From Callorhinchus milii (Eukaryota), in assembly GCF_018977255.1 (NCBI RefSeq), contig NW_024704742.1, forward strand, positions 41,852,001-41,916,000: a stretch of DNA of 64,000 nt, read 5' to 3'. The notes under the pieces were generated by a model, which ran no database searches, was not told the DNA's origin, and worked only from the letters and a program-made list of their open reading frames with translations. The position numbers and the translations under genes are program-made. Each line of letters starts with the position of its first letter. Position 1 is the stretch's first letter. Of the stretch, positions 37,939 through 49,699 are shown piece by piece.

Positions 37939-39261
37939 ACAACAATAACAAGATTACATTTGTATGGCGCCTTTCACGTCGGGAGGACGTCCCAAGGTGC
38001 TGAACAGTGAACAGACCCGAGTCTGTTTCAGACCCGAGCTGGGTCAGGCGAGAGAAGGGATGGGAGGGGAAGGGGGGTGGCTGATGGCTTGGTCAAAGAG
38101 GAGGTCTTGAGGTGGGACTTGAAGGAGGCTAAGGAGGGGGTGAGGAGGAATGACTGGGGGATGGAATTCCAGAGGTTGGGGGCAGAGTGGCTGAAGGCTC
38201 TCCTGCCAATGGTGGGGCAGGTGGGTCGGGGGACATGGAGCAGGCCGGAGCCGACTAAGTGGAGGGAATGGGCGGGTTGGTAGGGGGTTATGAGGTCGCA
38301 CAGGTAGGGTGGGACGAGGCCATGGAGGGCTTTGTAGGTGAGGACCAGGATCTTGAACTGGATCCTCTGAAGGATAGAGAGCCAGTGGAGTCGGGCGAGA
38401 GTGGGGGAGATTGGGTCACGGAGTTTGGTGTGGGAGAGGACAGAGTTCTGGATTATCTGCAGCCTGTGGAGGGAGGATTTGGGAAGGCCGACAAGCAGGG
38501 AGTTTGCATAGTCGAGCCTGTAGGTGATGAAGGTGTGAACAAGAGTTTCAGTGGCCTGAGGGGTGAGGTAGTGGCGGAGTTGGGTGATGGTACGGAGGTG
38601 AGGGAAGGCAGAGTGGGTCATGACTTGGATGTGTAGAAAAAAAAGACAGTTGAGGGTCAAACAAGACACTTAGGTTCCTGACTGGCTGGTGAGTTACAGT
38701 GAGCAACCATGGAGGTTGATGCTGCCAGAGCCTGAGGTGCTGAGGCGCTGGCGTGAGCCAATCAGGAGGGCCTCAGTCTTGTTCACATTCAACTGTAGGA
38801 AATTTGCCCTCATCCAGGACGATGTCTGACAGGCAGTCTGTCAGGACAGCAATGGTCCTGGAGTTGAGGGTGGAGGCAGAAAGATAGAGTTGGGTGTTAT
38901 CAGCCAACATATGGAAGTTGACCCCATGTCTGTGGATGATGTCACCAAGGGGGAGCATGTAGATATTGAAGAGGAGAGGGCCAAGGACAGAGCCCTGGGG
39001 GATGCCAGACGGGACAGTGCGGGGGCTGGAGGAGAAATTGTTAGAGGAAACAATTGGAGACAGTGAGAGAGATTGGAATCGAACTAGGCAAGGGCAGGTC
39101 CGTGAAGATTGAATAAAGCAGAGAGGCCATGTATGAGGATGGAGTGGTCGACAGTGTCGAACATGGCAGAGAGGTCGAGGAGGACAAGGAAGCAGAGGGA
39201 GCCCTGATCACAGATCATCAGAATATCATTAGTGACTTTGACCAGGGCTGTTTCCTGGTTC
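37939..39261 (-). mobile_element. L2 LINE, 1.3 kb, 5'-truncated, nested in the CR1 RT domain
   Basis: TATTA is duplicated at 37934-37938 and 39262-39266. Motifs [70 protein letters not shown]. Type-A tail. Confidence 0.94.
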
Positions 39262-42129
39262 TATTAAGTTCTATTTCCTCATCTAAATCATTGATATAGA
39301 TTGTAAATAATTGAAGTCCAAGCACTGATCCTTGTGGCACTCCACTAGTCACATCCTGCCAATCTGAGAAGGACACGTTTATCCCTACTCTCTGTTTTCT
39401 TCCTGTTAGCCACTCTCCAATCCATGCTAATATATTACCTTTAATTCCATGGGCTCTAATGTTATGCAACAGTCTTTTATGTGGCACTTTGTCGAATGCC
39501 TTCTGGAAATCCAAATACACCACATCTACTGGTTCCCCCCTAACTAACCTGCTTGTTACATCCTCAAAAAACTCTAAACGATTTGTTAAACATGATTTTC
39601 CTTTCGTAAAGCCATGTTGACTCTGCCTAATCATGTTATGATTCTCTAAGTACCCCACAAAGACATCCCTAATTAAGGACTCCAGAATTTTCCCTACCAC
39701 CGATGTCAGACTAACTGGTCTAGAGTTCCCCATTTTTTGTCTCCCATCCTTCTTAAATAGCGGTGTTACGTTTGTGACCTTCCAATCAATGGGAACCAGT
39801 CCAGAATCCAGGGAATTTTGGAAGATCAAAAACAAAGCATCAACTATCTCTGCAGCCACCTCTTTTAAAACCCTAGGATGCAGGCCATCAGGTCCAGGGG
39901 ATTTACCGGCTTTTAATCCTATCAATTTCTCTAGTACTATTGCTTTACTGATGTTCATTTCTTTAAGTTCTTCAATAACATTAGCCTCCAGGTTCCCCTC
40001 TATTTTCGCTAAGTTTTAAGTGTCCTCTAACGTGAAGACAGAAGCAAAATATTTGTTTAATGACTCTGCCATTTCTTTATTCCCTGTTATAATTTCTCCT
40101 GTCCCTGCCTGCAATGGACCCACATTCACTTTGGATAGTCTCTTCCTCTTTATGTACTTATAAAAACTCTTGCAATCTTCTTTATGTTCCTAGCTAGTTT
40201 ACCCTCATATTCCATTTTCTCCCTCTTAATCAGTTTCTTGGTTTTCCTTTGCTGCTATCTAAAGCCCTCCCAATCCTCAGGTTTACTGCTCTTTTTGGCA
40301 GTATTATAGGCCTCTTCTTTTAATTTACTTTCCCCATCTTCTCTAGTTAGCCAAGGTTGAACCACTTTTCCCATGGTATTTTTATTTTTCAAGGGAATAT
40401 GTGATCGCTGGAAATTATGTATTGTATCTTTAAACATTTTTAAACTGGTCTACCATCATATTTTTTAATCTAATTTCCCAGCCTATTTTAGCCAAATCTT
40501 CTCTCATACCTAAAAACTTGGCTTTATTTAAATTTAAAACCCTTGCTTCAGATTCACTCTCTAACTTAATGTTAAATTCCATCATGTTATGGTCACTCTG
40601 CCCTAGAGGAGTCTTAACTTCCAGATTGCTGATTAGCCCTATTTCATTACACAAAACAAGATCTAGGATAGCCTGTTCCCTGGTTCATTCCTCAGCATAT
40701 TGTTCTCGAAAACTATCTCTAATGTATTCTATAAACTCATCCTCTAATTTATTTTTGACAGTTTGGTTTTTCCAGTCTATATGAAGATTGAAATCACCCA
40801 CTATTATTGTATTCCCCTTGCTACATGCTCCTCTAATTTCCTGATTAATACCCTACCCTGCTCATACTGTAACTGCTGTTTGGGGATCTATAAACTACTC
40901 CCACTAGTGTTTTCTGTCCCTTGTTGTTTCTTACCTCCACCCATACTGACTCTACAACCTGAGTTTCTGATTTAAAATCCTTCCCCTCTACTGTTTTTAT
41001 ATCATCCTTTATTAGCGGGGCTCCCTCCACCCACCTCGTTTTCCACTTTGCCTATCTTTCTATACGTCGAATACCCTGGAATATTTAGCTCCCAACCTTG
41101 GTCTCCCTGTAACCACATCTCAGTAATTGCCACTAGACAGTACTCATTTATCTCTATTTGTGCACTTAATTTGTCTATCTTGTTACAAATGCTTTGTGCA
41201 TTCAGATATAGCGCATTTAAATTTGACTTCTTATTATTTCCCCTACTTGTTAATGCCTTATTTCCTTTGTTGAGCTTTTTGTCCCTACTTGACACACTCT
41301 GTACTTTATCTCCCAAGTCGCTACTCTGGTCTATAGCCATGACTGTTCCTTGCATTATCGCTTTACGTTTATCTGTAGCTGTAATCTTCCACCCGTCCTT
41401 AACCAAGTGACCGTTTATTATAATCCTTGCATTTGATGTAGCGTCTTATCACTTCGAGATGTCTCCAAGAGCTTCTCAGTCTATGCTAAAAGCAGGCAGG
41501 CTGGGCTGTTGTTAGCAGTGTCCTGGAGTACTGCAAACTTTCCTGGCTCAGGAAGCAGACTACCGAAACTGCAACAGAGGGTTGGCTCAATTCCGACCTT
41601 CTATTGCTAATCATGACATTTTGACTCATTGCATGAATTCCTTATTAAGGAACTCTTAAGAAATACCACAAATTAGTTAAACCCTACTGTATATTATATA
41701 TCTAGAAGGTCACGAGAAATTGTCAAAGACCGGTTGACAAGGGAACTGAGAATCCAGATGCAGACCAGAGAGTGGGCGTTTCATCTGGAATTTTAACTAT
41801 GAGACAACCGCACATATTCCAAAATGCAGTATTAACACAGATGAGGCATCAAATAGTTGAGTCATTGACCCGCACAGAGCCACATTTGGTGTATGACAGA
41901 GAGAGAGAAAGTAGGAGGAGAACCCAGGCTTGGCTTCCACCTTGGCTTCCAGCCAAGAAAATATTAAGGCAAAGCCTGACCCCATTTGAGAAGGAAATGG
42001 CCTATTAGGCCACCTCTGAGAGAATAATAAAATTTTGATCTCGAGTCCAAGCCTTTAACAAAAACACAGTATATTCAACTGCCTATCTGCAATCACAGGC
42101 CATCAAAAGGCATCTGAAATGACTCCCCT

Positions 42130-42250
42130 ATAATAATAAGCCTTGTATTTAATATAATGTCTTATTGTGTCATCGAGACGTCTCAAAGCGCTTCACAGAA
42201 TATATTGTAAGTGGATTGACTGTGAATTTTATGGGCGAAATGGTCATGGA
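42130..42250 (-). mobile_element. SINE 3' fragment
   Basis: TAATAATAAGCCTTGTATTTAATAT...CGAGACGTCTCAAAGCGCTTCACAGAATATATTGTAAG. Confidence 0.8.
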
Positions 42251-42738
42251 TTGATACACATCATAGAGATTTTGTACAAATTTAGGGTTTGTGTATAATA
42301 CCAGGGATTGGTTTAGCTTCTTCTTAAAATGTGGCTGAACATCAATAAAATTGTCTCATCAGGTCACTCAATGTAAAGAGATCTCTGGTATGAATAAGGC
42401 ATGAGATTTCATGGACCAGTCATTGAGAAACACTATTAGAAATCACAATATGTATGCATTCAAGGTGCTCTCCAAGATCACAGAAAAATAATGAACTAAT
42501 GTACTACTCAGTGTCGGCCAAACCAGACACTGCCACTCTATATTAGAAACGTCTTAAGACCTATCTTTTTCACTGCACTTTTGGTTACCTCTCCCACCTC
42601 TTTCCTCAGCTCCATCTCAGTCTTCCAGCCGATTCTGTGAACCTCTTTGAAACTCTTCCCAATGTGTAGGGCACTAAATAAATACAAGATTGTTGTTGTG
42701 TTCATGCCCTCTTCTCAAACTTGTCACCTCCTTTGTCA

Positions 42739-42817
42739 CTTTACAGTATATTCTGTGAAGCGCTTTGAGACGTCTCGAAGACGTGATAAGGCGCTATATC
42801 AAATGCAAGGATTATTA
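42739..42817 (+). mobile_element. Very young 5'-truncated SINE tail
   Basis: CTTTACAGTATATTCTGTGAAGCGCTTTGAGACGTCTCGAAGACGTGATAAGGCGCTATATCAAATGCAAGGATTATTA with all CpGs intact. GTCA flanks both sides (42735-8, 42818-21). Confidence 0.88.
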
Positions 42818-42934
42818 GTCAGAGATGTGCCATTCTAACATATAGTGGGCACATAATAAAGGTCATTATAAAGCCTTTTGTGATTAAAGAAACAGACATT
42901 TTCAGCACAAAAGGAAGTTGTTCACTAAGAAAAA

Positions 42935-43123
42935 CGAGTTTCTCCTGGTATCCGGGCCAACTGTCCCTCAAATAAAATTGTTCATCTTATGGCTGTTTGT
43001 GGTACACTGGCAGCTGCATTCACCTACAAAATACACTTTGTACACTTTACAATAAACTCTGTGATGCACTTTGCGATGTCCTCCTGCCGTGAAAGGCAGT
43101 ATATCAAATTCAAGGATTATTAT
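42935..43123 (+). mobile_element. Deu-type SINE 3' half
   Basis: GAGTTTCTCCTGGTATCCGGGCCAAC...ATGGCTGTTTGTGG...TATCAAATTCAAGGATTATTAT. Confidence 0.78.
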
Positions 43124-43994
43124 ATTTAGCACATTGTGTTGCACTATTGCTCCCTCTGTCTCGTGTTTAAATTGCGCTTTCTAATTAATCCCATTTTCCA
43201 GGTCTTTCCCCAACTCCCTTCATTTTTTTTTCTCAGATGCTTATCCAGTTTGTTTTTGAATAATTCCATTTATCATTAAATAAACTGTGCCCCGTGATCG
43301 TAATACAAAATAGAGTTTTTGGCTTCTACCTATGACTATAAAGTTGGATTTTTTCCAGAAGTGGTCAGAAGTTGGTCAAACCATCCTTACCAAAGATGTG
43401 ATCAATCAACTATTGAAATCTTAATTTATAGTTAAAGCTTTGCTTATTGCTTTCAGATGCACTGAACCGTAGCAGGTGCAGGTCGGCACTGCATGAGATA
43501 TGACTTTGCTTGGAGTAAATGGCGACTACATAAACAATCATTTAATCATCAGAGTGGATCAGTGGTTCTGCTCAGCATTATTTATCATCAGCCTATGCTT
43601 CCTTTCTAAAGTAACAAAGAAAATAATTAAACTTTTTTAATTTTTGCCACCTGTTGTAGCTTTCTCACAAAAACGTTAAGACCCAAACTGTATATAAGGG
43701 TTTTTTCTTGACCTATCGTATAGTTTTTTCTGTTGCTTGTGGTGCAAGGTTTTTAATAATCCTTCTCTAGTGACCATTGATCAACTAGAGAGCTTTAATA
43801 GGCGGTATACAAATGTAATTTTGTTTTTGTTGTTGTTAATAAAGTGGCGTTCCTCATGATGCGCTAGATTCTCCAATAATCTGTATCCTCAACTCCTTAG
43901 ACTTTCTGGCATGAAGAAACTGCAGATGAGATATTATTCATGCTGTTAGCATCCACACAAACAATGTCAATCGTGCTTCAATAGTGAAGGGTGC

Positions 43995-44528
43995 AAGTTT
44001 GGCTCAATTGGTAGCACCCACATCTCTGAGTCAGAAGGTTGTGTGTTCAAGCCACAAGTTGCAACTTGAGGTCATAGTCCAGGCTGACACTTTAGTACAG
44101 TACTGAGGGACACTGCATTGTTGGAAGTGCTGTCTGTCTGTCAGGTTACCTTGGCCTGTTTTCAGGTAAATGTTACGGATACTATTTGAAGAGAGAAGGC
44201 AGTTTCTGCTTGTGTCCTGGTCAACAATCTGCCAAGTTAAGTAGTATTTCAGCTTATGGTTGTTGGAAAATTTGGCTACTGCATGTGCACACAAGGCTAG
44301 TCACTACATTTGACAGCAAATACTGTATTTGTGCTTTAAGATGTTTTGACATGGTAAATTTCTCCTGGTCTCCTGGCCAACAATTCCCAGAAAAAATTAC
44401 TTCATGGCTGCTTTTGGCACATTGCTGTGTGCAAATTGGCTGCTCTGTTCAATTACAAAATACAGTAAAATCCTGTATGATACCTCCAAGACATGATAAA
44501 GTGCAATAACAAATTCAAAGATTATTAA
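43995..44528 (+). mobile_element. Deu-type SINE with tRNA-like head (43995-44350) followed by a second 3' half (44355-44528)
   Basis: TTGGCTCAATTGGTAGCACC..CATCTCTGAGTCAGAAGGTTGTGTGTTCAAGCC (A and B boxes), then CAGGCTGACAC..AGTACAGTACTGAGGGACACTGCATTGTTGGAAGTGC. Confidence 0.82.
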
Positions 44529-45064
44529 TGCATTTAAATGTGACTAGCGAGTGGTAAATACAGGGAACAAGCTTTTTAAGGACAGTGAGCAGGCCAACAA
44601 AGTAAGCATAAGAAAGACAGGTGGATTTTTGATGGAAGAAGTGGTTGAAGAGCATAAGAAAGAAGTGTATTGTATCATTTTGGGTGGACCGATGGACTAC
44701 CATTGTGCTTTCCAGTCCTGTTCCTGGGTATTTATTAATGATGAAACCCACTCTTTCCTCAGACCATGCAAAATGGAACCAATCATAGATTGCTCATTCT
44801 TAGTGTTCAAGAAACAATATTTCCCCATTGGCATCCAACTACATGACTGGGAAATGCTCCACTTTCCAGTGGTGTGGTTGGGGGAAGAAGTGTTGCGAGT
44901 GTTTGTGTGTGAGATTCTATCTGTCTTATAGTATTTGTTTGTGAGGCTTTCCTTCTCTTTGTCTTTTCAACACTGTTTATCATGCTCACTTGTTCTCTTC
45001 TATCTGACAAACAATTCACTTGTTCTTTTTCTATCTGATGAACAATTTCTTTATAACTCTTTAA

Positions 45065-45262
45065 ACCATCTCTTTTCGAATGGTGCCATGGGATCTTTAA
45101 TTATCCCCCGAGACAAGCAAGATCTTAGTTTAATGTTTCATCAGAAGGATGGCATCTCCCAACAATAAAGTACACTCTAGTGCTGCACTGGTGTGTCAGT
45201 GTTGAATATGAATTCCAAGTCCTGGTGTGGGGCTTGAACCCACAACCTTCTGACTCAGAACC
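45065..45262 (-). mobile_element. Deu-type SINE 5' half
   Basis: GAATGGTGCCATGGGATCTTTAA...CAGAAGGATGGCATCTCCCAAC...GTGGGGCTTGAACCCACAACCTTCTGACTCAGA. Confidence 0.83.
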
Positions 45263-45551
45263 AGATTGGCACACTATTATTATTATTATCTAAATCATCT
45301 ATGCCTCTCAAGAATTAGAAGAACTAGATCATGTGCTCCTTCAATCTATTGACTCATTTAAATAGTTGATCATCTTTGAGAACTCAGTTTCGCCAGGAGA
45401 TTGATTCGTATTTTTTCAGAATGAATGACTTAATTCTGTCTCCATCCAGAAATGCTTCCTGAAAAGTTGCAATGGATGTCTTTCAAGGGACCATTTTCAT
45501 GTCATTGAAGAATCGGTTGCACATCTTGTTCTTTAATAATATTGAAAATGA

Positions 45552-46012
45552 GAATAATAATCCTTACATTTGATACAGTACTTTATCACATTGTTGAGCA
45601 TGTTCAAGCACTTCCCAGGATTTTTTACTGCGAAGTGCAGGGACTGTACTTGTGGGCAAGTGCAGCAGCCAACTTGTACACAGCAAAATCCCACAACAAC
45701 AGCAGCAGCAACAACAACAAAATTACATTTGTAAAGCATCTTTCACGTCAGGGTTGGGATGAGGGAGGGCAGAGGGGTTAGGAGGGCGGCTGAAGGCATG
45801 GTCAAAATAGAGGGTTTTGAGTCGTGCCTTGAGGGAAGCAAGAGAGGGAGCAAGATAAAGTCTTGTGGGATGGAGTTCCAAAGAATGGGGGCAGGGAAGC
45901 TGAAAGCCCGGCCACTGATGGTAGGACGGGAGACCTGGAGCAGGCCACAGTCTGCTATGTGGAGGGAGCGGACTGATTGATAAGGGGTCAGCAGGTAAGA
46001 GATGAGGCAGGT
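45552..46012 (-). mobile_element. SINE 3' half (45552-45695) abutting an L2 3' fragment (45696-46012)
   Basis: The SINE stops at ATCCCACAA, where the (CAA/CAG)n L2 tail begins. L2 frame PTISGRAFSFPAPILWNSIPQ. Confidence 0.83.
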
Positions 46013-48319
46013 GGCATGTAACAAGCAGCCAAAACTAACCAGCAATTGGCACTGGTTAGCAAGCTTTGTCCATATGCCAAGTTATAAATCTCTCCTCAGC
46101 TCTGAGCCAATGTCTTTTTGGAGCAGGAAATATAAATGTCATTTCCCACTTCTAATTGTTTTACTCCTGGAGGTTATAAAATCTTTGTTTCAGTATAAAC
46201 TTGGTATGCATTTTCTTCTTTACCTGTTTTTATTCAAGAACAAGTTGCATGTTAAAATCAAAAGGACTTGCAGTTATTGGATGATGAAACAGATAAGTTG
46301 CAGGAATGTATTAGGAAGTTGGAAGGGTAGGCTAGATAGACCAATGGCCAACTCCTTCCTGGAAATGTTCTGTTACTATTCTAACTATCAGTACAAGAAA
46401 CAACTAACAATGAAATAAAATTTTAACAGTAGATCATATACAAAAAGAAAAAACTTGAAAATTATCTAACATTGTCTATTATACCATCGCATAATACAGC
46501 GTTAATATTCATTTTATACAGTAGATACACATTTTAAAGCCATGATGGGATCCCTAAAGTCCCAGCCTTTGCAATAACCAGCTTTATTGTGCCTAGCCGT
46601 AGTGTTCCTTGTGTACTGGCCTATTGCCTTGCTAAAAAATGTCCAACTTCCAGGTCATTGGGTTGCTGCAAATGTAGCTTCGTACTTTGCTGAGAAGAAG
46701 GCTGGCGCATGGGAAGGTAACTGGCTGGCTCTGTGCATGTACAGTTAATGGCATCCACTCTACAAGCACGTTATAAGTGCAGTTGCCTATAAAGAAGCAC
46801 ATTATAATGTGGCTGCATGGTATTGTATCCACCAACATTACACAAGGTCATAGACAGATTTTGACTCCAATAATTGTGGCACAAGCCTCTAGTTTTGCGG
46901 TTTCTCCAGAATTAAAAGCAAGTGTTCGTGAAAGCAACTGGAAATCATAATGATGGATGCATCTACTGATAGAGTTCTAAATTAGATTTAATTCACTCCT
47001 TTAGTTGGAGTAAATTACACTTTACTCTAACTATACAAGGTTAATAGACATTACTTTCCAAATATTTTTCACCAATGTGAACTATTAACAATTGTCATAA
47101 AAACTTTGCATCCAAGTGGGTTTCAAGTTTCTTAAAGAAAAATGATTCATGTGCAAGTCTACTTTTATGTTGTCAAGAAGGCAGAAATGCGCCAGCATTA
47201 GTAGAGTACTCTGATACAACATTATCTTAAAAAGCCTCAGAAGACAGCCAAGCCATGCCAAATCAGTAATAACATTTCAGTGGAGACATTATAATTCCAT
47301 ATTAGAATTGCCTAAATGGTTTCAAATGTCAGTTAATGAACAAATAAATAGGCTTTCATCAAAACCAGATCCTTCAGGAATGCATTTGTACCTAGTTAAA
47401 TAAGCAGACCTGGGACGTCGAGGCACTGACACATCACCAGTGATATACTTGATGTAATTGTTTATTAATTCTCTCCCTCCCTTTCTCACACTGCTCAACA
47501 GTTTAATCTTGAGATGTAAATTCTCACATGAAGTTTGACCTTATTGTCCACCAGCTTGCTTTGTTTCCTTCTTTTGTTTAGCTCCAGCAATTGGAGATAT
47601 CAGTAACGCTGGACCACTGAATTATAGGAAATATTTGTAATAACATGAGTTATAACAAATGACCACCAAGGTGACTATCCTCTTTGAGGGGTAGGTAAGC
47701 AGGGTCTCATTGGGGCTGAACTGACTCCAAGGTGATATGCTTGCCAACAAAATGTTGGAATTGAGCCCACGTTCTAAGTGGCCCTACTCCTAGCTGATCA
47801 AACAGTGGGAAAGCTTGCCAGAACGCTTACCCCAAAGCACACTCTGGGGACCCTAAGCCTTGTCTCTTGCTAACATGCACCTAATATTCTCCAGAATTAG
47901 ATAGGTAGGATGCATCCCTCCAGGGAGAGAGTGTACATTCCATACCAATACATGGGAATTTCCACAGTAGGCTGCATGCAACTCTCCGTTTGGTTTGGAT
48001 AGTCTTAAGTACAGTGATGCATTTCCACATGTCTCAGACACCAAAATTAAACAATGTGCATGGTTGGGGTATTGGTCCCTAACATTCACTTACCAAAACA
48101 TCCAAAATGAGCTCAGTAACTGATCGGCAGCTCAAAACAACTGGCTAGTGTGTAGGAAGCCAAAATGGCCAATTTATCAAGTTGCTGCCAACGTCACTTG
48201 CTGTTGTGCATATGCAGCACATGAAAAGTGATGTCAGCAGTAACCTGATGACCTAGAAGTTGGCCATGTTTGTTTACTGCATGCTGGCTATGGTTACGAA
48301 AGGCTGATGGAACTGAATC

Positions 48320-48590
48320 AGCACCTCAAACGACCCACCCCATCATTAGCGGTCGGGCTTTCAGCCTTTCTGGCCCCACCCATTGGAACTCCATCCCATA
48401 TTCCCTTCGCCTAGCTCTCTCCATAGCCTCATTCAAGGAGCATCTCAAAAGCTTTCACTTCAACTGTGCCTTCGGCCACCCGCTCCAATCCCGAGCCCCA
48501 GCTCGGGTCCAAATCCCTGACTATCCATCGCCTTGGGACGTCCTCCCGACATGAAAAGTGCTATCTAAATGTAATGTTGCATTGTATTGG
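48320..48590 (+). mobile_element. L2 LINE 3' fragment (tail type A)
   Basis: Translation PIISGRAFSLSGPTHWNSIPYSLRLALSIASFKEHLKSFHFNCAFGH. Tail CGCCTTGGGACGTCCTCCCGACATGAAAAGTGCT. Confidence 0.88.
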
Positions 48591-49699
48591 TCAGGATTTT
48601 ACCACATTATAACAGGGCTTTCCGGTCTAGAGAATCACAAATAAAATGGGAGCTGGAGTGAAGAGGGATGGTGAAGGATTTTGTTTATACAATGGCTGAT
48701 TTTATAAACAAGGTGAATATTTGGTTGGCTCAAGAAATAAGCAACTAGATACTCCTGAAGGAGACAGGAGTATCTTTGAGTGATTTCCTTTAGTTAATGG
48801 GGTAGGCCTTTTACACTGGGCTCCAATCTGATCTGGAACCACCTAACCCTAAGAAATCATGTTATGGTATATGTACCAATCAGTAAAATGGCCAGATCTA
48901 CGCCTGTTCTTCTGTGAAACTCTTTCCACCTTGAAAATTTATCTTAAGACCTTTCTCTTTAACCACACATTTGATAACCTCTCTCCCCTCCTTCCTCAGC
49001 TCTCTATACCCCCAACTCAGGCTCACAGGCAATTATTTGAAGTACTTCCCGATGACAAAAGTACAATATAAATGTAAAATTCTGATTGCTGAGTTTTTCC
49101 CTCTCTGTGCCCTTTCAACCCTATCTGTCACACTAGCTTGTTGTATTCAAAGTGAATAACAACTAATTCCCAGATCCTTGTGCTTGTTATGAAAGTAATC
49201 TTCTGTGTTTATTACATTTAATGTTGATAGTATACTAACCTGTTTATCCCATACAATTATTTGCAAGAAAAGGGGACATTAAGGACTTTCAATTTTCATC
49301 TGTTGATTAAATTTAATTGTCACAATTAAAGTTGAGTTTTGGAACGGCTGCCTTTGGGACTATCACAAAGAATGGAATTGGCCAAGAGGGTTTTTGATTG
49401 ACAGGAATGTGTTTCTGTCAACATTTCTGGGCAAGAACGTTTTCTAAGTCTTTACAGAATATAGGTGAGGATTCCATAATTCATAAGTTTTGATCCAATG
49501 TTTGTCAACGGAAGAGAGAGAAATCTGAAAAGTGGGTGTCAGCCTCAAACAAAATTACATACAGACCCATTAAGTCAGCACTGTGTGCCCTGGAGATATG
49601 ACAGGGCAGCAGAACAAGAGGTCACAGGTACAGAGGAGTTAAGGGCAGTTGCAGGACAGACTTCGGGATGTATTTATTTACTCAGAGATAATTAACGCC

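Larger units (their letters stand above)
36052..41410 (-). mobile_element. CR1 LINE ORF2 pseudogene (APE endonuclease + RT) in three pieces: 41410-39262, 37938-37506, 36503-36052
   Basis: APE motifs LYLNAQSICNK...AITEMW, VGVVYRSPN, LGQSDHN. RT motifs KSPGPDGLHPRVLKE, RPVSLTSVVGKILE, QHGFTKGKSCLTN, YLDFQKAFDKVPH, SGVPQGSVLGLQLFTIYINDL, KFVDDTKL. C-terminus RPHLEY-like, YEERLNKLGL, FFTQRVV. TCTTATG-type tail. Multiple stops and frameshifts. Confidence 0.96.

Noticed and set aside
39218..39958. 246 aa ORF with reverse transcriptase motifs as an intact gene
   Set aside because: It is a fragment of a frameshifted CR1 ORF2, cut by an L2 insertion before the catalytic DD motif.
44986..45047. ~30 bp tandem duplication
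   Set aside because: An ordinary two-copy slippage event. It is not an array and has no spacers.
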